From the IMG/VR virus record IMGVR_UViG_3300020047_008750: a DNA stretch of 64,000 bases, one strand, 5' to 3'. Positions 24,926 to 36,895 of the stretch are shown here, one piece after another. How positions within the stretch are numbered: position 1 is the first letter of the stretch; each line of letters starts with the position of its first letter. This DNA is from an uncultured virus (IMG/VR IMGVR_UViG_3300020047_008750). Taxonomy: Duplodnaviria > Heunggongvirae > Uroviricota > Caudoviricetes. Below the pieces are notes generated by a model. The model did no database searches and was not told the origin of the DNA. It worked only from the letters and a program-made list of their open reading frames with translations. The position numbers and the translations under genes were made by a program.

Positions 24926-25020
24926 TTGACGCGGTATTTTTCCGCTTATACTGAAATTGTCTTGCAGTGTAAAAAGACAACGAAAAGGGATTCGACTTCG
25001 GTCGGATCTCTTTTTGTTTT
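24926..25020 (+). ncRNA. Candidate small RNA with own promoter and terminator
   Basis: TTGACG..TATACT, then GTCTTGCAGTGTAAAAAGACAA and a UUCG-loop terminator; same architecture at 60984-61070. Confidence 0.45.
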
Positions 25021-25098
25021 CGTTGCAAAATATTGCAAATTGCATATATTTCATTGCAACACTCGGACACAGAAAACACTATTTTTCACCATTTTGCA

Positions 25099-25728
25099 AT
25101 GATTGACAAAATCAAAAAAAAGTGAGCCGTCAAGACACCGAAAAAGAAGAAAAAAAAGGGCTGAAAAAAACCGCTTTCTTCGTGGAACAAACTTGACGAC
25201 AAAACAATCAAAGTCAATGACAATCGCAAGGCTGTTCAGGATAAGCTTTTGAAGGAAGAAGCCGAAGAAGATGATATCATAAAAGCACACCTGAAGACAC
25301 TTGAAAATCATTCATTGACGGATGGTCTTCGAGTCGAGAAAGTGGCGTTCGCAATTTTCCTTGCACTTCCTGAACGCGTTCGATGAACACAAGGCAAGTT
25401 CTCGAAGGACTGGTGAATCAGCGAACAGACTTTGTCATGATGGAAGTTCCTTCCCGAAATTCAAAAAATCCGAATGGCACTGATGAAGTCGGTTCTTGTC
25501 GACAAGACACCGGCTGTCATGGATAATCTTTTCGAAGCAGCTTCGATGAAGAATGCTTTCGGGAATGTGAATGTGTGAGCCGTGAAACTGTGGCTTCAAT
25601 TCGTCGAAGAATGGCAAGAGTCAAGCAAGCTTGATCTGAACGCGACAGGATGATTCACAATCAATTTCGGTGCAGGCAAGAGTCAATTCATTCAGCCGAC
25701 GGATGAATCGCCGAAGCCGCGTCAATAA
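25099..25728 (+). CDS. terS: Terminase small subunit (HTH-containing)
   Basis: Directly upstream of terL; HTH-like FSKDWGISEQTLSGWK, AVKLWLQ; homolog 61141-61767. Confidence 0.7.
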
Positions 25729-25746
25729 TCTCTATCAATTTTCGCG

Positions 25747-27159
25747 ATGGATCTGAACCTATATCCTCTTCAGCCTGTTCAAATGCGTGCGTCGAATTCG
25801 CCTGCTCGCTTTCGATTGATGTGAGGTGCGAAAGGTGGCTGAAAATCATACTGGATTCGTTCAGAAAGCACGCGTGAATGCTTGTCGGCTCGAGGTGTGC
25901 GAGGACTTGCCTTGCGTCGCACTTCGCCTGAAATCCGTGAAAATATGATCATCCCTATGCAAAGGGAACTACCACCGCCGAAGACTGGATTCTATGAATT
26001 CAATAAAACGGATTCGATCATGCAGTTTTACAATGGATCGACGCTTCGTTTCAGCTACTGTCAGAACATTGCCGATGTCATGAACTATCAGGGTATTGAA
26101 TATGATTTCATCGCGATTGAAGAGCTCACACACTGGACGGAACTTGAATGGAAACTTCTGATGTGATCCCTGCGAACGACACGAAACGGAATCAAGCCGA
26201 ATTTCTTCGCTTCGACGAATCCGTGATCGATCGGTCATGCTTGGGTAAAAAGACTATGGATCGAACGCGACTTCCGTGAAGGTGAACTTGCCGAAGATTA
26301 TGATTTCATTCCGGCTCGCGTGTGGGATAATGAAATTCTGATGAACACACAGCCGCAATATGTGCAGCTTCTTCAGGCACTTCCTGACAAGGAACGACAA
26401 GCATTTCTCGAAGGTGACTGGAATGTTTTTGATGGTCAATTCTTCACGGACTTCAGAACTGATCTGCATGTCGTTCAGCCGTTCGTTCCGAAAAATTGAG
26501 TCAAGCGACGAATTATTTGTCTTGATTACGGATATTCTGCACCTTCGGCGGTCTATTGGTTGGCACAAATGAACGATGACACAGTGTACGCATACCGCGA
26601 ACTATATGTCAAGGGTAAAACCTATAAACAGCTTGCATTGCAGATAATGGCGATGACGCCTGAAGATGAAAAGATTGATCTGACCGTCGTCGATCCTGCA
26701 ATATTGAACAAGCCGTCGGAAACGACAGGAACTTCAGGATCAGAAGAAATGAAAGCAGTTTGACTGAAAGTAAAAGGTGCTGATAATAGCCGTGTTGCAG
26801 GTTGGCAAGTTTTCAGACAATTTTTGCAGCCTTTTGAGGATCCGAACACTCACAGAATAGCTGCTTGATTCTATATCTGCTCGAACTGTGTGAACCTGAT
26901 CAGAACGCTTCCGATGATGGTTCACGACAAGATCAATGTCGAAGACATAAACACGAAGCTTGAAGATCATGCACCGGACGCGATTCGATACTGATTGAAG
27001 GAACTGTGAGCAAGAAGGACTTCACTTTCAGAGATCAAGACGATGAATGATGTTTTCAATAAACGCTTCGAACAAGAACTTTCGAACATATCATCCTTCA
27101 TCCAAAAGAAACCGCAGATCAAAAAATCAGAAGGCTGAATCCTCACAATCGAATTCTAA
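25747..27159 (+). CDS. terL: Terminase large subunit (470 aa)
   Basis: Walker A M[TGA]GAKGG[TGA]KS, YQGIEYDFIAIEE, STNP[TGA]SIGH, LEGDW, LDYGY, EDHAPDAIRY. Confidence 0.95.
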
Positions 27160-27186
27160 AAATCCCTATTTCTTTATTTTCTCACT

Positions 27187-29871
27187 ATGGTCAAGACTGA
27201 TTTCGACACCGAAGTCGCACTGCGTACACCTTCGCAGATTGCACCGACACGGATTCACGAAGACGACTTGAAGTCTTCAATTTTGAACAAGACTTTCGGT
27301 GCTTCATGAACGCCGCTGATTGAAGGCTACATTCAAGAAGAATACAATCCGAAGCTTGCAGGGGCTGCAGGTCTTCGCACATACGACAAAATGCGAAAAT
27401 CTGACGCACAAGTTTTCGCGACATTGCTTGCGATGGAACTTCCGATTCGTGCGACAAAGTGGGACATTGCACCGGCGACAAACGCCGACGGTGAAACAGG
27501 TGACTTCGAACATGAAGTCGCTGATCGAGTTCGTGCGAATCTCTTCGAAGAAATGGAAGTGACTTTCGATGATTTTATTCGTGAGGTTCTGACAATGCTT
27601 CCGTTCTGATTCTCTCTTTTCGAAAAGGTGTGGACTTCCGACGGTCAAATCGTTCGTCTGAAGAAGCTCGCTTCAAGAAAACAAATTTCAATTCAAAAAT
27701 GGCAGACAGAAAGCGGTGCAGCAGGTGTCACGCAGATTCTACCGCAGACAGGTGTCGAAGGCGAAGCAAAAGACAAAAATGTCGTTTCGATTCCTGCTTC
27801 AAAACTTCTTGTGTTCACCTTCCGTCGTGAAGGCGAAAACTATGAAGGAACTTCTGTTCTTCGTTCCGCATACAAGCACTGGTATTTCAAGGATTCGATG
27901 TATAAATTCGACGCAGTTCGTCACGAACGACAAAGCGTCGGAATTCCGGTGATCTATCTTCCTGATCAGGCGACACCTGAAGACAAGATTGAAGCACAAG
28001 CAATCGTTCTGAATATCCGTGCGAACGAACAGACAGGAATCGTCATGCCTTGACCGAAAGATTCAGGCTGGCTTTTTGAATTCGCGGACATGAAGGCTTC
28101 ATCATGAACGGATCTTTTCGAATCAATCAAGCACCATAATCGCGAGATTGCGAAGAACATTCTTGCACAATTCCTTGAGCTCGGCGACACTGAATCAGGT
28201 TCGAAGGCACTGTCTGAAGATCAATCAGATCTTTTCTTGCTTTCTCTCACGGCTGTCGCGAATGCAATCCGTGACACAATAAACCGATATTTGATCCCTG
28301 AAATCGTCGACTTCAATTTCAATGATGTGAAGGAATATCCGAAATTGAAATTCGAAAAGCTCGGTTCAATCGACTATGAAAAATTTGCGAATATTTTGTC
28401 TTCTCTCACTTCTGCAGAACTTCTGACAAAAGATGAAGATCTTGAAGACTATCTTCGAACGACGCTGAATCTTCCTGCGAGAAAAAAGGATGAAGGCACT
28501 GACGAAGATCCTGAAGGTGGCGTCGCAAAGGTTGCTGACAAGCCTGACAAGCCTGACGATTCAGGCAATGCTTCAAAAAAAGAAGACAAGCCGGATCCTG
28601 AAAAAATTGCTGACCTTCACGAACACGGCGAACACTGTGATCATGAAGTGATCGATCCGAACGCACAACTTTTCGTCGATCAGGACTTTCTGAAACTCTC
28701 ACGGATGTTCAATAATAAATTCATCACAGAGCTTCAGAACGAATGTCGAACTGCTGAAGACTATGCAAGACTGAAACAGAAGGGATTTCGCTTCAATGAT
28801 TATGAAAAGGAATCACCGCGTGTCATGACCTTCGCAGAACGCAAAGTGAACTTTGTCAGCCTGAAACGATCGATGTCGACTTTTGAAGATCAGCTGTCGG
28901 CAAGCGTAGACGAAACGATTCAAAAGATCAAGGATGATCTGCTTCTGCAGGTCAAGAAGGCTGTCGAAGACAACGACATTGCGGCAATCGGAACAATCAA
29001 GGCGAAATATACCGGCGAACTTTCACAGGCTCTGACGGATGTTCAGAAAGAAATGTTCGAGATCGGGAAGAAATCTGCAGCAGTCGAAATGTCTGTTCAG
29101 GTTCCGGCGACGAAGGCTGAAGTTCGCGGTGCGATGAGAGTGCAGAATGACGCACTGATCGAAGGGATGGTCAACGACATGGAAGTGACCGTGAAAAAAG
29201 CCGTCACGCAGGTGATAAACAAGAGAGGATGAACAATCACCACGACGAACGGAACTGAAGCCGTCACGGCTGCTTCAGACTCTATCGACAAAGTGATCAC
29301 AGGTCAGACGAACGCACTGAAGACACTCGGCGTCACAGGCTCTGTGAATCTCGGACGCTCTTCGATATTCGAACGATATCCTGAAAAGATATATTGATTT
29401 CAATTCTCGGCGATTCTTGATGACAGGACGACGGACACTTGTCGTTCTCTCGATGGTCGTGTCGTGAAGGCTTGATCCGATGAATACTACGCATACGCAC
29501 CACCGCGTCACTACGGTTGCCGTTCAATCTGGGTAGAAATTCTTCAGGAAGAAACCTTCAAGCCTGACTTCACCGGAATTCCGAAATCAATCCCTGCGAA
29601 CGCGACGATTGAAACCTTCAAGGATCTGAAGGCTCCGATTGTTCTGAAAAACTCGCCTGTCATTGCAGTCATTCAAAAAGAGCTGACAGAAACACGCGAA
29701 AAACTTGCAGCTCTCGAAGCAAGCGGAAAATATGTGAATCGTGCTGAAGGGTATCGAAAGCGGATTGACGAACTCGAAAAAGCTGTTCAAGGTGAATTCA
29801 ATGAATATTGTCGCGGAATCCTTGTCGCAGACTGAATTTCCTTCAAGTGAACTGAAAGTGTTTCTGAATAG
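27187..29871 (+). CDS. Portal (Mu gp29/DUF935-like) fused to a MuF/gp7 head morphogenesis domain (894 aa)
   Basis: One frame with no TAA/TAG; portal motifs GTSVLRSAY, EIAKNILAQFL, INRYLIPEIVDFN; MuF motifs AILDDRTTDTCRSLDG and PPRHYGCRS. Confidence 0.85.
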
Positions 29872-30050
29872 TTTCTGCGGAAGAAACTATTCAGAAAATG
29901 AGTTTCAGGCGACAGAAACGCTTCATAGTATAGTATAGGATAGTATAGGATAGAATAGTGAATTCTCTTTTTCAGCCGACAGACAGATTTTCGATACAGC
30001 AGAAAACAGAAAAAGGATTCCGTTTCTGTTTCAGAAATGATTCAGATTCC
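29850..30050. repeat. Second iteron-like/TATAG locus
   Basis: Exact CAGAAACGCTTCATAGTATAGTATAG at 29913 with multiple GTTTC/GAAAC motifs around it. Confidence 0.8.
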
Positions 30051-30092
30051 TTGCATTCGAAAACGAAATATTTATATTGTAGTCAACACACG

Positions 30093-30419
30093 ATGAAAAC
30101 TGCGATTCTCTCTGTCACGATTGACGAAAAAAACAGTGTCGAAGTCAGATTCGACGGCGAAATTGCTCTTGAAGTTCCGATGTTGTGAGCGTTGGCAATC
30201 TCGAAAGAATGGCTGATCGACAAAATCAAATCAGATCAGAATGTCGCACAAGCCGGAACACAAAAAGAAGAGCACACTGAAAGGCAAGTCACAAAATCGG
30301 AAGCACTCGGCGTCTATCTCGACGCAAGGAACACAATCGAACAGAGGCTTCAAATCATCGCACGGTCAAGTGATTCACAGACATTCCGCATTGATCCTGA
30401 AATACTTTCTAAAATTTAA
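30093..30419 (+). CDS. Hypothetical protein
   Basis: Two ORF-track pieces in one frame joined across TGA. Confidence 0.55.
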
Positions 30420-30421
30420 CA

Positions 30422-32035
30422 ATGAAACGCTTCAAAATCAAAATCGACGAATTCGTCGCGAAGTTCTCGGAAGAAAACAATCTTCCGAAAGAAGTCGCCT
30501 TGAAGGTGATCAATGCCTTGTATGAAAAATGACAGGACGGAAAACAATTCGAACGGCTCGTGTGGCGAATGGAAACATTCCTTCGAAAGAATGCACTTCC
30601 TGACCTTATGAAAAAAATGACGCCTGAACAAGTCGGACTTCTTGTCGATGACATGATCGCCGATGACTCTCGTGAATGTGCGGTCAACGAAAGCCGAATC
30701 TGCTGCAACGAAAAAGACAATTTCACCGTGTGGTGATTTTCTGATATCGGTGCAGTCTTCGCAGAAAAGACTTTCGAATCAGGTGACACTGTAGAATTGC
30801 AAATCGCTCGCGTCGGGAAGTGGAATCATCCGCTTTATTGACAGATCGAAATCACGAAGGAATCAATCGACGAAATGAAAAAGAACTTCGATTCGAATGT
30901 TCGTGGTGTCGATCTTGCCGTCGACGAAAATCATGATCCGCAACACAAGGCTCTCGGATGGTTCCGCGAGGTCACGAAGAAAGGCAAGGACACATTGTTC
31001 GCAACTATCGAACTCACGAAGAAAGGTGCAGAAGTTATGACAGAAGGTGCGTACAAATATTTTTCACCGGAAATCGTATTCAATAAAAAGGATGAAGAGA
31101 CAGGCGAAATCACACGAAATTTGTTGCTCGGTGGTGCTTTCACAAATCGTCCGTTTTTCAAGGCAATGCAACCCCTGCTTGCGAATGAAGACGGCGTTTC
31201 AAGTGACGCAGCCAATCAGCACCAAAAGATCGGCGAATTCACTGATTCTGCGTCAGATAACATTTTATTTTTTAATACTTCAAAAAGTATGAAAACACTC
31301 CTTGAACTTCTCGCGAAATTCTGCGAAGTGCAGACAATTTCAAAAGATGAGCTCGCACAAGTCACAGCCGCTTTTGCGGAAGTGAAACCTGAATTCATCA
31401 CGCCTGAAATGACGGCGGCGGTGGACGAAATAAAAGCAAAATTCACAGAAGAAGCAGCTGACCCTGCAGCACCTGCTGCAGTCGATCCTGCGACGCCTGC
31501 TGATCCTGCTCCGGTCGATCCTGCGACTGATCCTGCTCCTGCGGATCCTACAAAGGTCGATCCTGCTCCTGCTGACACTGATCCTGCTTCAGCTCCTGCT
31601 GACACTTCTGAAAAGAAAGTCGAGGCGAATGAAAAAGGCGAAGTCACACTTCAGTTTTCTGAATATGAGAGCCTCAAAAATCTCGCTTCAGAGGCTTGAA
31701 AACTGGTTCGAGAAGCACGAAAGCACAAGCTTGAAAAATCAGTCGAAGGACTGGTCTTCAGCGAGTCGAACAAAGTCGGTGTCGCTGTTCCAAAAAACAA
31801 GCAAGAAATCGTCGATTTTGCTCTCTCACTTTCTGAAAAGCAGTCAGACAAGTTCCTTTCAATCATCGGTGGTCTTCAGACTATCGCTGCAGGTGAAATC
31901 GGACATTCTGAAGGCGGTGCTTCATTCTCTGAAGAAGAGGCTGAAAAAGTCGCATTCTTCACAGAAAAAATGTGAATGACGCAAGATGAAGCGAAAATCG
32001 CAATCGAAGCAGCTCGAAAGGCAACTGCAAAATAG
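30422..32035 (+). CDS. Mu gpI-like prohead protease/scaffold (537 aa)
   Basis: VDENH, ALGW, YKYFSPE, LLGGAFTNRPF motifs; Pro/Ala/Asp linker; helical C-terminus. Confidence 0.85.
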
Positions 32036-32074
32036 TCACAGCGGTCAGCGTTTTATTTCAGTAATTTTTTTACT

Positions 32075-32536
32075 ATGACAGCACGAACTTCAGATTTCGA
32101 CGCGGTTCGGAAAGATGGTCAAATGATCTCTACACCGATGATCGCAGCAGAAATCATTTACAAGGGAACACCTGTATTCGCGAAAGCAGCAGGTGACGCG
32201 TTCAGCAACGACGGAACGACAAACACTCTCGCCGTTGGCGATGTGTTCATCGGTGTCGCAGTCGAAGGTGTCGACAATTCAGCAGGTGCAGCACAAGCAA
32301 AAGAAGTTCGAACATACCTTGAAGGATGTTTTCTTCTTCCGTTCTCTGATACGCTCACAAAAGCGAATCAAGGTGACGCAGTTTATGTGAACAATGCTTC
32401 TGACGATTCTGTCGTCACTATCACAACTGACACAGGAAATCCGCAGGTCACAATCGGTCAAATCGCACAATTCGTTTCTGCGAATCTTGCCTATGTGAAA
32501 CTTGTCGGCAATCTCGTGAAAGCTGCAAATGCATAA
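32075..32536 (+). CDS. Capsid decoration/cement protein
   Basis: Between protease and capsid; FIGVAVEGVDNSAG, GDAVYV..DD, IGQI pattern. Confidence 0.65.
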   Translation: MTARTSDFDAVRKDGQMISTPMIAAEIIYKGTPVFAKAAGDAFSNDGTTNTLAVGDVFIGVAVEGVDNSAGAAQAKEVRTYLEGCFLLPFSDTLTKANQGDAVYVNNASDDSVVTITTDTGNPQVTIGQIAQFVSANLAYVKLVGNLVKAANA

Positions 32537-32585
32537 TTGTTAATTGATCACTGCAATTGACAATTATTTCAGTAATTTTTTTCTT

Positions 32586-33491
32586 ATGCTTACTCGCAAA
32601 GATGTATCACGGCTCTTGACAGCAGGTCTTCAGACTATCTTCAAGACAGCCTATGACGGCGTTCCGACTCTCTATCAAGAGATCACGACAGAAGTTCCTT
32701 CAACGAAGGCAGGTGAGGAATACGGATGGCTTGGCTCTACTCCGGCTCTCACTGAATGGAAAGATGAAAGGGCTCCGAAAGCACTTATTCAGCAGGGCTT
32801 CACGCTCACGAATAAAGACTATGAAGCGTCAATCGCTGTCGATCGCAATGCAATCGACGACGATCAGACTGGAATGGTCAAAATGCGTGTTCAAGCAATG
32901 GCGGTCAAGGCTCGCAAGAGTTATGACAGCATTCTTGCAGCTACAATCGAAGCAAACGGTCTGTGTTATGACGGACAGAACATGTTCGACACTGATCATT
33001 CAGAAGGTTCTTCAGGAACACAAAGCAACTATCAGTCTTCTTCTTACGCTCTCGCACTCGACAAGCTCAAGCTTATCGTTTCCGCAATGCGTGGATTCAA
33101 GGATGATCAGGGCGTTCCTGCAGGAATCAATCCTTCGCATATCATGGTTCCTACCGGACTTGAATTCACTGCGAAAGAGCTTCTTGATCCGATGTATGTT
33201 TCAGTCACGACAGATCCTTCGAAGGCAACTGCGAAAGGACTCTTGAAAGTGATTGTCAATGCATATCTGACGAATGCAGGTACTGTCGCGAATTCAGCAT
33301 ATTATGTGCTTGATCTCACACAGCCTGTCAAGCCGTTCATTTTCCAGAATCGAAAGAATCTTGAATTTGTTTCGCTCGATGATCCTTCAGATATCGACTA
33401 CTTCATGAGAAAAACGCTTTACTTCGGTGTCGACGGACGCTTCGCGTTCGGCTTCGGCGACTGGCGTTGTGCGTACAAAGCACAAGGATAA
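32586..33491 (+). CDS. Major capsid protein, Mu gpT-like (301 aa)
   Basis: EEYGWLG..P.LTEWKDER, NKDYEASIAVDRNAIDDD, CYDGQNMFDTDH, KPFIFQNRK, FGFGDWR. Confidence 0.92.
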   Translation: MLTRKDVSRLLTAGLQTIFKTAYDGVPTLYQEITTEVPSTKAGEEYGWLGSTPALTEWKDERAPKALIQQGFTLTNKDYEASIAVDRNAIDDDQTGMVKMRVQAMAVKARKSYDSILAATIEANGLCYDGQNMFDTDHSEGSSGTQSNYQSSSYALALDKLKLIVSAMRGFKDDQGVPAGINPSHIMVPTGLEFTAKELLDPMYVSVTTDPSKATAKGLLKVIVNAYLTNAGTVANSAYYVLDLTQPVKPFIFQNRKNLEFVSLDDPSDIDYFMRKTLYFGVDGRFAFGFGDWRCAYKAQG

Positions 33492-33592
33492 TCCCTTCGC
33501 TTGTATCACTTCAGGACTGATCGCTTCGGCGGTCAGTCTCACAAGTGCTTCAAGTCTCACTGCAAGCACTTTTATTTCTTCATTTTCTTTTT

Positions 33593-34192
33593 ATGTCTTC
33601 AGAGAAAACACACCTGATCGTCGTCTGCACACAGCAGAATCATCCGACAGGAAAACGAAACCGTGCAGGATTTACATTCACAGAAGCACCACAGGCTTTC
33701 GAAGTCACAGACGAACAAGAAGCACTGATCCGTGCTGACTCTTGTCTTCGTGTCATTGAAAAGGGAACGGCTCGACAAGACGCCGTCAACACTTATGAAA
33801 AAAAAACGCAATCATCCGCACCTTCAGATCCGTCAGCCGATTCTGTGGATCCTGCGTCAACGCCTTCCGATCTCATTCCTACACCGGACGCTTCGACAAT
33901 CGAAAATAATTGACCTACAGGCGACGAAAACACCGCGACAGGTACTGACACACCTGAAGCACCTGAAACGAAGGTCACAGACGAACCTGAAACAACTGTG
34001 ACAGATCCTGCGAACACACCTGACCCTGAAGCTGGCAATGTTTCAGATCCTGAAGTCGATGAAACGCCTATTTCTCGAATGAACAAGGATCAGCTGATCG
34101 CAGCACTCGTGAAAAAAGGTCAGAAGTCAGGAATTGATTTTCAGCCTGACGCAAAAAATGAAGCTCTTCGAAACCTTCTTTCGTCACTGTAA
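33593..34192 (+). CDS. Mu-like gp35/HI1506-like protein with acidic linker
   Basis: RNRAGFTF..EQEALIRADSCLRV after capsid; C-terminal MNKDQLIAAL..AKNEALRNLL. Confidence 0.6.
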
Positions 34193-34218
34193 AATCTTAA
34201 TTCCTTAATTGTGCAAAA

Positions 34219-34866
34219 ATGGAACTTCAGACGATATTGAAACAGCTTGTCGATTTCGGCTTCTCGACTGTTTTCATAGCGATCGTGTTTTTTCTCTGAT
34301 ACAAATATCTTGATCGCAAGTTCTTCGGAACACAGTTCGTCAAAAAGACACGACAAATCAATCGTGATCTTGATGAACAAGAGAACGAAAATTCGAAAAG
34401 AATGATCAAGCGTGTTCAGAATTATCTGAACGATAACAATGAGAAATTCAAGAAACTCGGAATCGACAGGTGTTCCGTCTGGATCAATCACAACGGAATG
34501 CGAAACGGAAAGATTCACTTCATCTTTTATTCGCTGATTGCGGAATTTTCCGCTTCCGGTCTTCAGAAGTTCGCGGACACACCGACAGGAAGTCAAAAAC
34601 TTCCCTATTATATTTTCAGCGAATATGAAGAGATGATCGCCGCGAAGAATGGAATTGTCTTCATCGAAGATCAGGACATGCTTTCAGAAACAAGCAAGGC
34701 AATCGCAAGCGACATGTGAACACAGAGCCTGATCATCGCACCGATCTTCAGCATGAAGTGAAAAATCGAATGAATCATTTTCTTTTCTTCGGTATATCAT
34801 AAACTTCGACAGAAGCCTGCAGTCGAAAACACTGTCAGCGATCTGCGTGCATTGTTCATTTCATAA
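34219..34866 (+). CDS. TM plus GAF-like domain protein, possible T4-type holin (215 aa)
   Basis: Single N-terminal TM; IDRCSVWINHNG and M[TGA]TQSLIIAPIFSMK[TGA]KIE[TGA]II resemble GAF strands. Confidence 0.5.
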
Positions 34867-34875
34867 TTTTTCTAT

Positions 34876-35334
34876 ATGGCTTATACCACCACCGGACGCG
34901 TCAGAGCTGAAGCAGGTCTTGAAGGCAATACAAATATTCTCGACAGCGATATTGAAACCTATCTTTTGCAGTCGAACGGAATTGTGAAATCCTATGTGTC
35001 GGCTGCATACAATATCAATGACTTCGCAGGAAGTCTTTTCACCGGTTCACAGGCTGAATGAATGCTTCAGCGTGCTGAAGAGCTGATCGCGGCGTGATAT
35101 CTGCTGATCAAGGAATATTCGCTTGAAGGACGCGGAACCGAATCCGACGGATATATCAAGAAGGCTGAAGGCGAAAAAATCCTTCAATCAATTCTTGCGG
35201 TCAAGAATCCCCTTCGTCTTCTGAACACTTCAGGAATTGAATTCACACGCGTTGCAGTCTCACAGACAGGATGACTTGCGTCAACTGGTATCAGCACCGA
35301 CGCACCGAAATTCAGCGTCAACGACGATTTCTAA
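34876..35334 (+). CDS. Head-tail connector (gp36/gp6-like)
   Basis: MAYTT..VR, IVKSYVSAAY; position after capsid. Confidence 0.6.
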
Positions 35335-35345
35335 ATTTTCAAAAA

Positions 35346-35828
35346 ATGCAGCTCAGTTTCACCGTCAACGGCGACATTCAGCTTTCACGAAATCTTCGTG
35401 TATTCGTGACACACCTTTCACAGATGTCGCAATTTTACGGTGAAGCAATTTCAATCATCGAAGACAGGACTGATCGAATTTTCAAAACTTCATGATCAGA
35501 TGTCGAGAAATCGCCGACATGGAAACCGCTTGCGGCGTCGACACTTCGTGCGAGAGAAAAACAATGGTGATACTATAAAAAGCCGGCGAAGAATCCGTGA
35601 GTTCTTCGGTGGACTGGAAACCTTCAAGACAATCGAACGCGAAAGGTGAATGACACACAGGGCTCGCTTCGCTTCAATGCTGAATATGCAATCTATCACC
35701 AAAACGGATGAAGGTTCCTTCCGAAGCGTGCGGTTCTTGACATAAGCAATTCGGCAGGTGCAGAAATTGTCAGGTCACTTCAGACGAAGATCAATCGCGA
35801 TATTTGAATTTCAGGCTTGCAAGCATAG
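35346..35828 (+). CDS. Virion morphogenesis / tail completion protein (Mu gpG-like)
   Basis: WKPLAAST, LRWTGNL, YAIYHQNG..LPKRAVL. Confidence 0.8.
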
Positions 35829-35912
35829 GCAATTCGTCTATTATTATCACAAGCAAAAAAACACAGTTTCAGCTTCCTTCCCCTTGCTTATTTATTTACT
35901 TACTGAAGGAAA

Positions 35913-36650
35913 ATGCAAAAAGTCGTTTCAGCTATCAAGACACTTCTTGAAGCTTCAGTCGCGGATGATGAATCGCCTCTTTACGGAATCAAAAGGGTAT
36001 TTTTTGGCGATCCGATGATCATTCCCGAAAGCGATCTTCCTGCTCTCGCTATTCAGCCGATGTCTACAGATTTTGCACTTCGCGGATCTCGAGTCGATCA
36101 GAAGACGCACACAGTCGAAATCCGTCTGATCTATAATCAGAAGGATTATTTCGGTGCGAATCTCTCTGTTTCGAAGACAATCACTGCAGCGAATTTTTCT
36201 TCTTCAAGTATTGAATTCACGGCAACTGCACACTGATATTCTGTCGGTGACGCCGTTGTCGTTTCAAAAATTACGCCGGAAGGCTATAATGGCACATATT
36301 TGATCACTGCGAAAACAGCGAACACATTCACCGTCGCGAAGACGATTGATCCTTGAAGCTATTCCGCAGGCGGTATCGCACAAAAGGCAACGAATGACAA
36401 AGTTTTCGCAATCGAAGACGCAATCAATAAAGTCGAAATGTCTGATGATAACCACTGAACAGCGAGATCGTCTGTTTGTGGCGTCATTCAAGGCAATCCG
36501 ACGCTTCCTTATTCAGTAGGGGCTGAAACAAGGCAAGCAGCAGATCTTGCGAAAATTGTGTCGGTCAACTATTCACTGACTGAATCACGGTGATTCCCGA
36601 CTTTCGAAGTCGTGACCACTGTTCAGGCTGTCGTGATCGGTGACAGATAA
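35913..36650 (+). CDS. Tail terminator-like protein with an inserted beta domain
   Basis: IKRVFFGDP..DLPALAI; internal TAH[TGA]YSVGDAV..YNGTYLIT..NTFTV. Confidence 0.5.
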
Positions 36651-36895
36651 TCTTTATTTTTTCACTTTTTCACTATGAGCAAAACAATCACGCTGAAGAA
36701 TATCGGAACCGAAGATCTTGCATTCGCAGGATTTCCGCTGATACCTTCAGGAAAAACAATCGAAGTTTCAGAAGCAGACGCAGTCATTCTTCTTCGCAAT
36801 GATAACATGCAGGAAGACAAGAAAGCGAAACCTTCTGCAACCGACAAGAAAGAAGAAAAATAGTCACACTTTTATTTCAATAAAATTTTCATTTT

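Noticed and set aside
31450..31610. GATCCTGC repeat cluster as a DNA element
   Set aside because: Encodes the DPA-rich low-complexity linker of the scaffold protein
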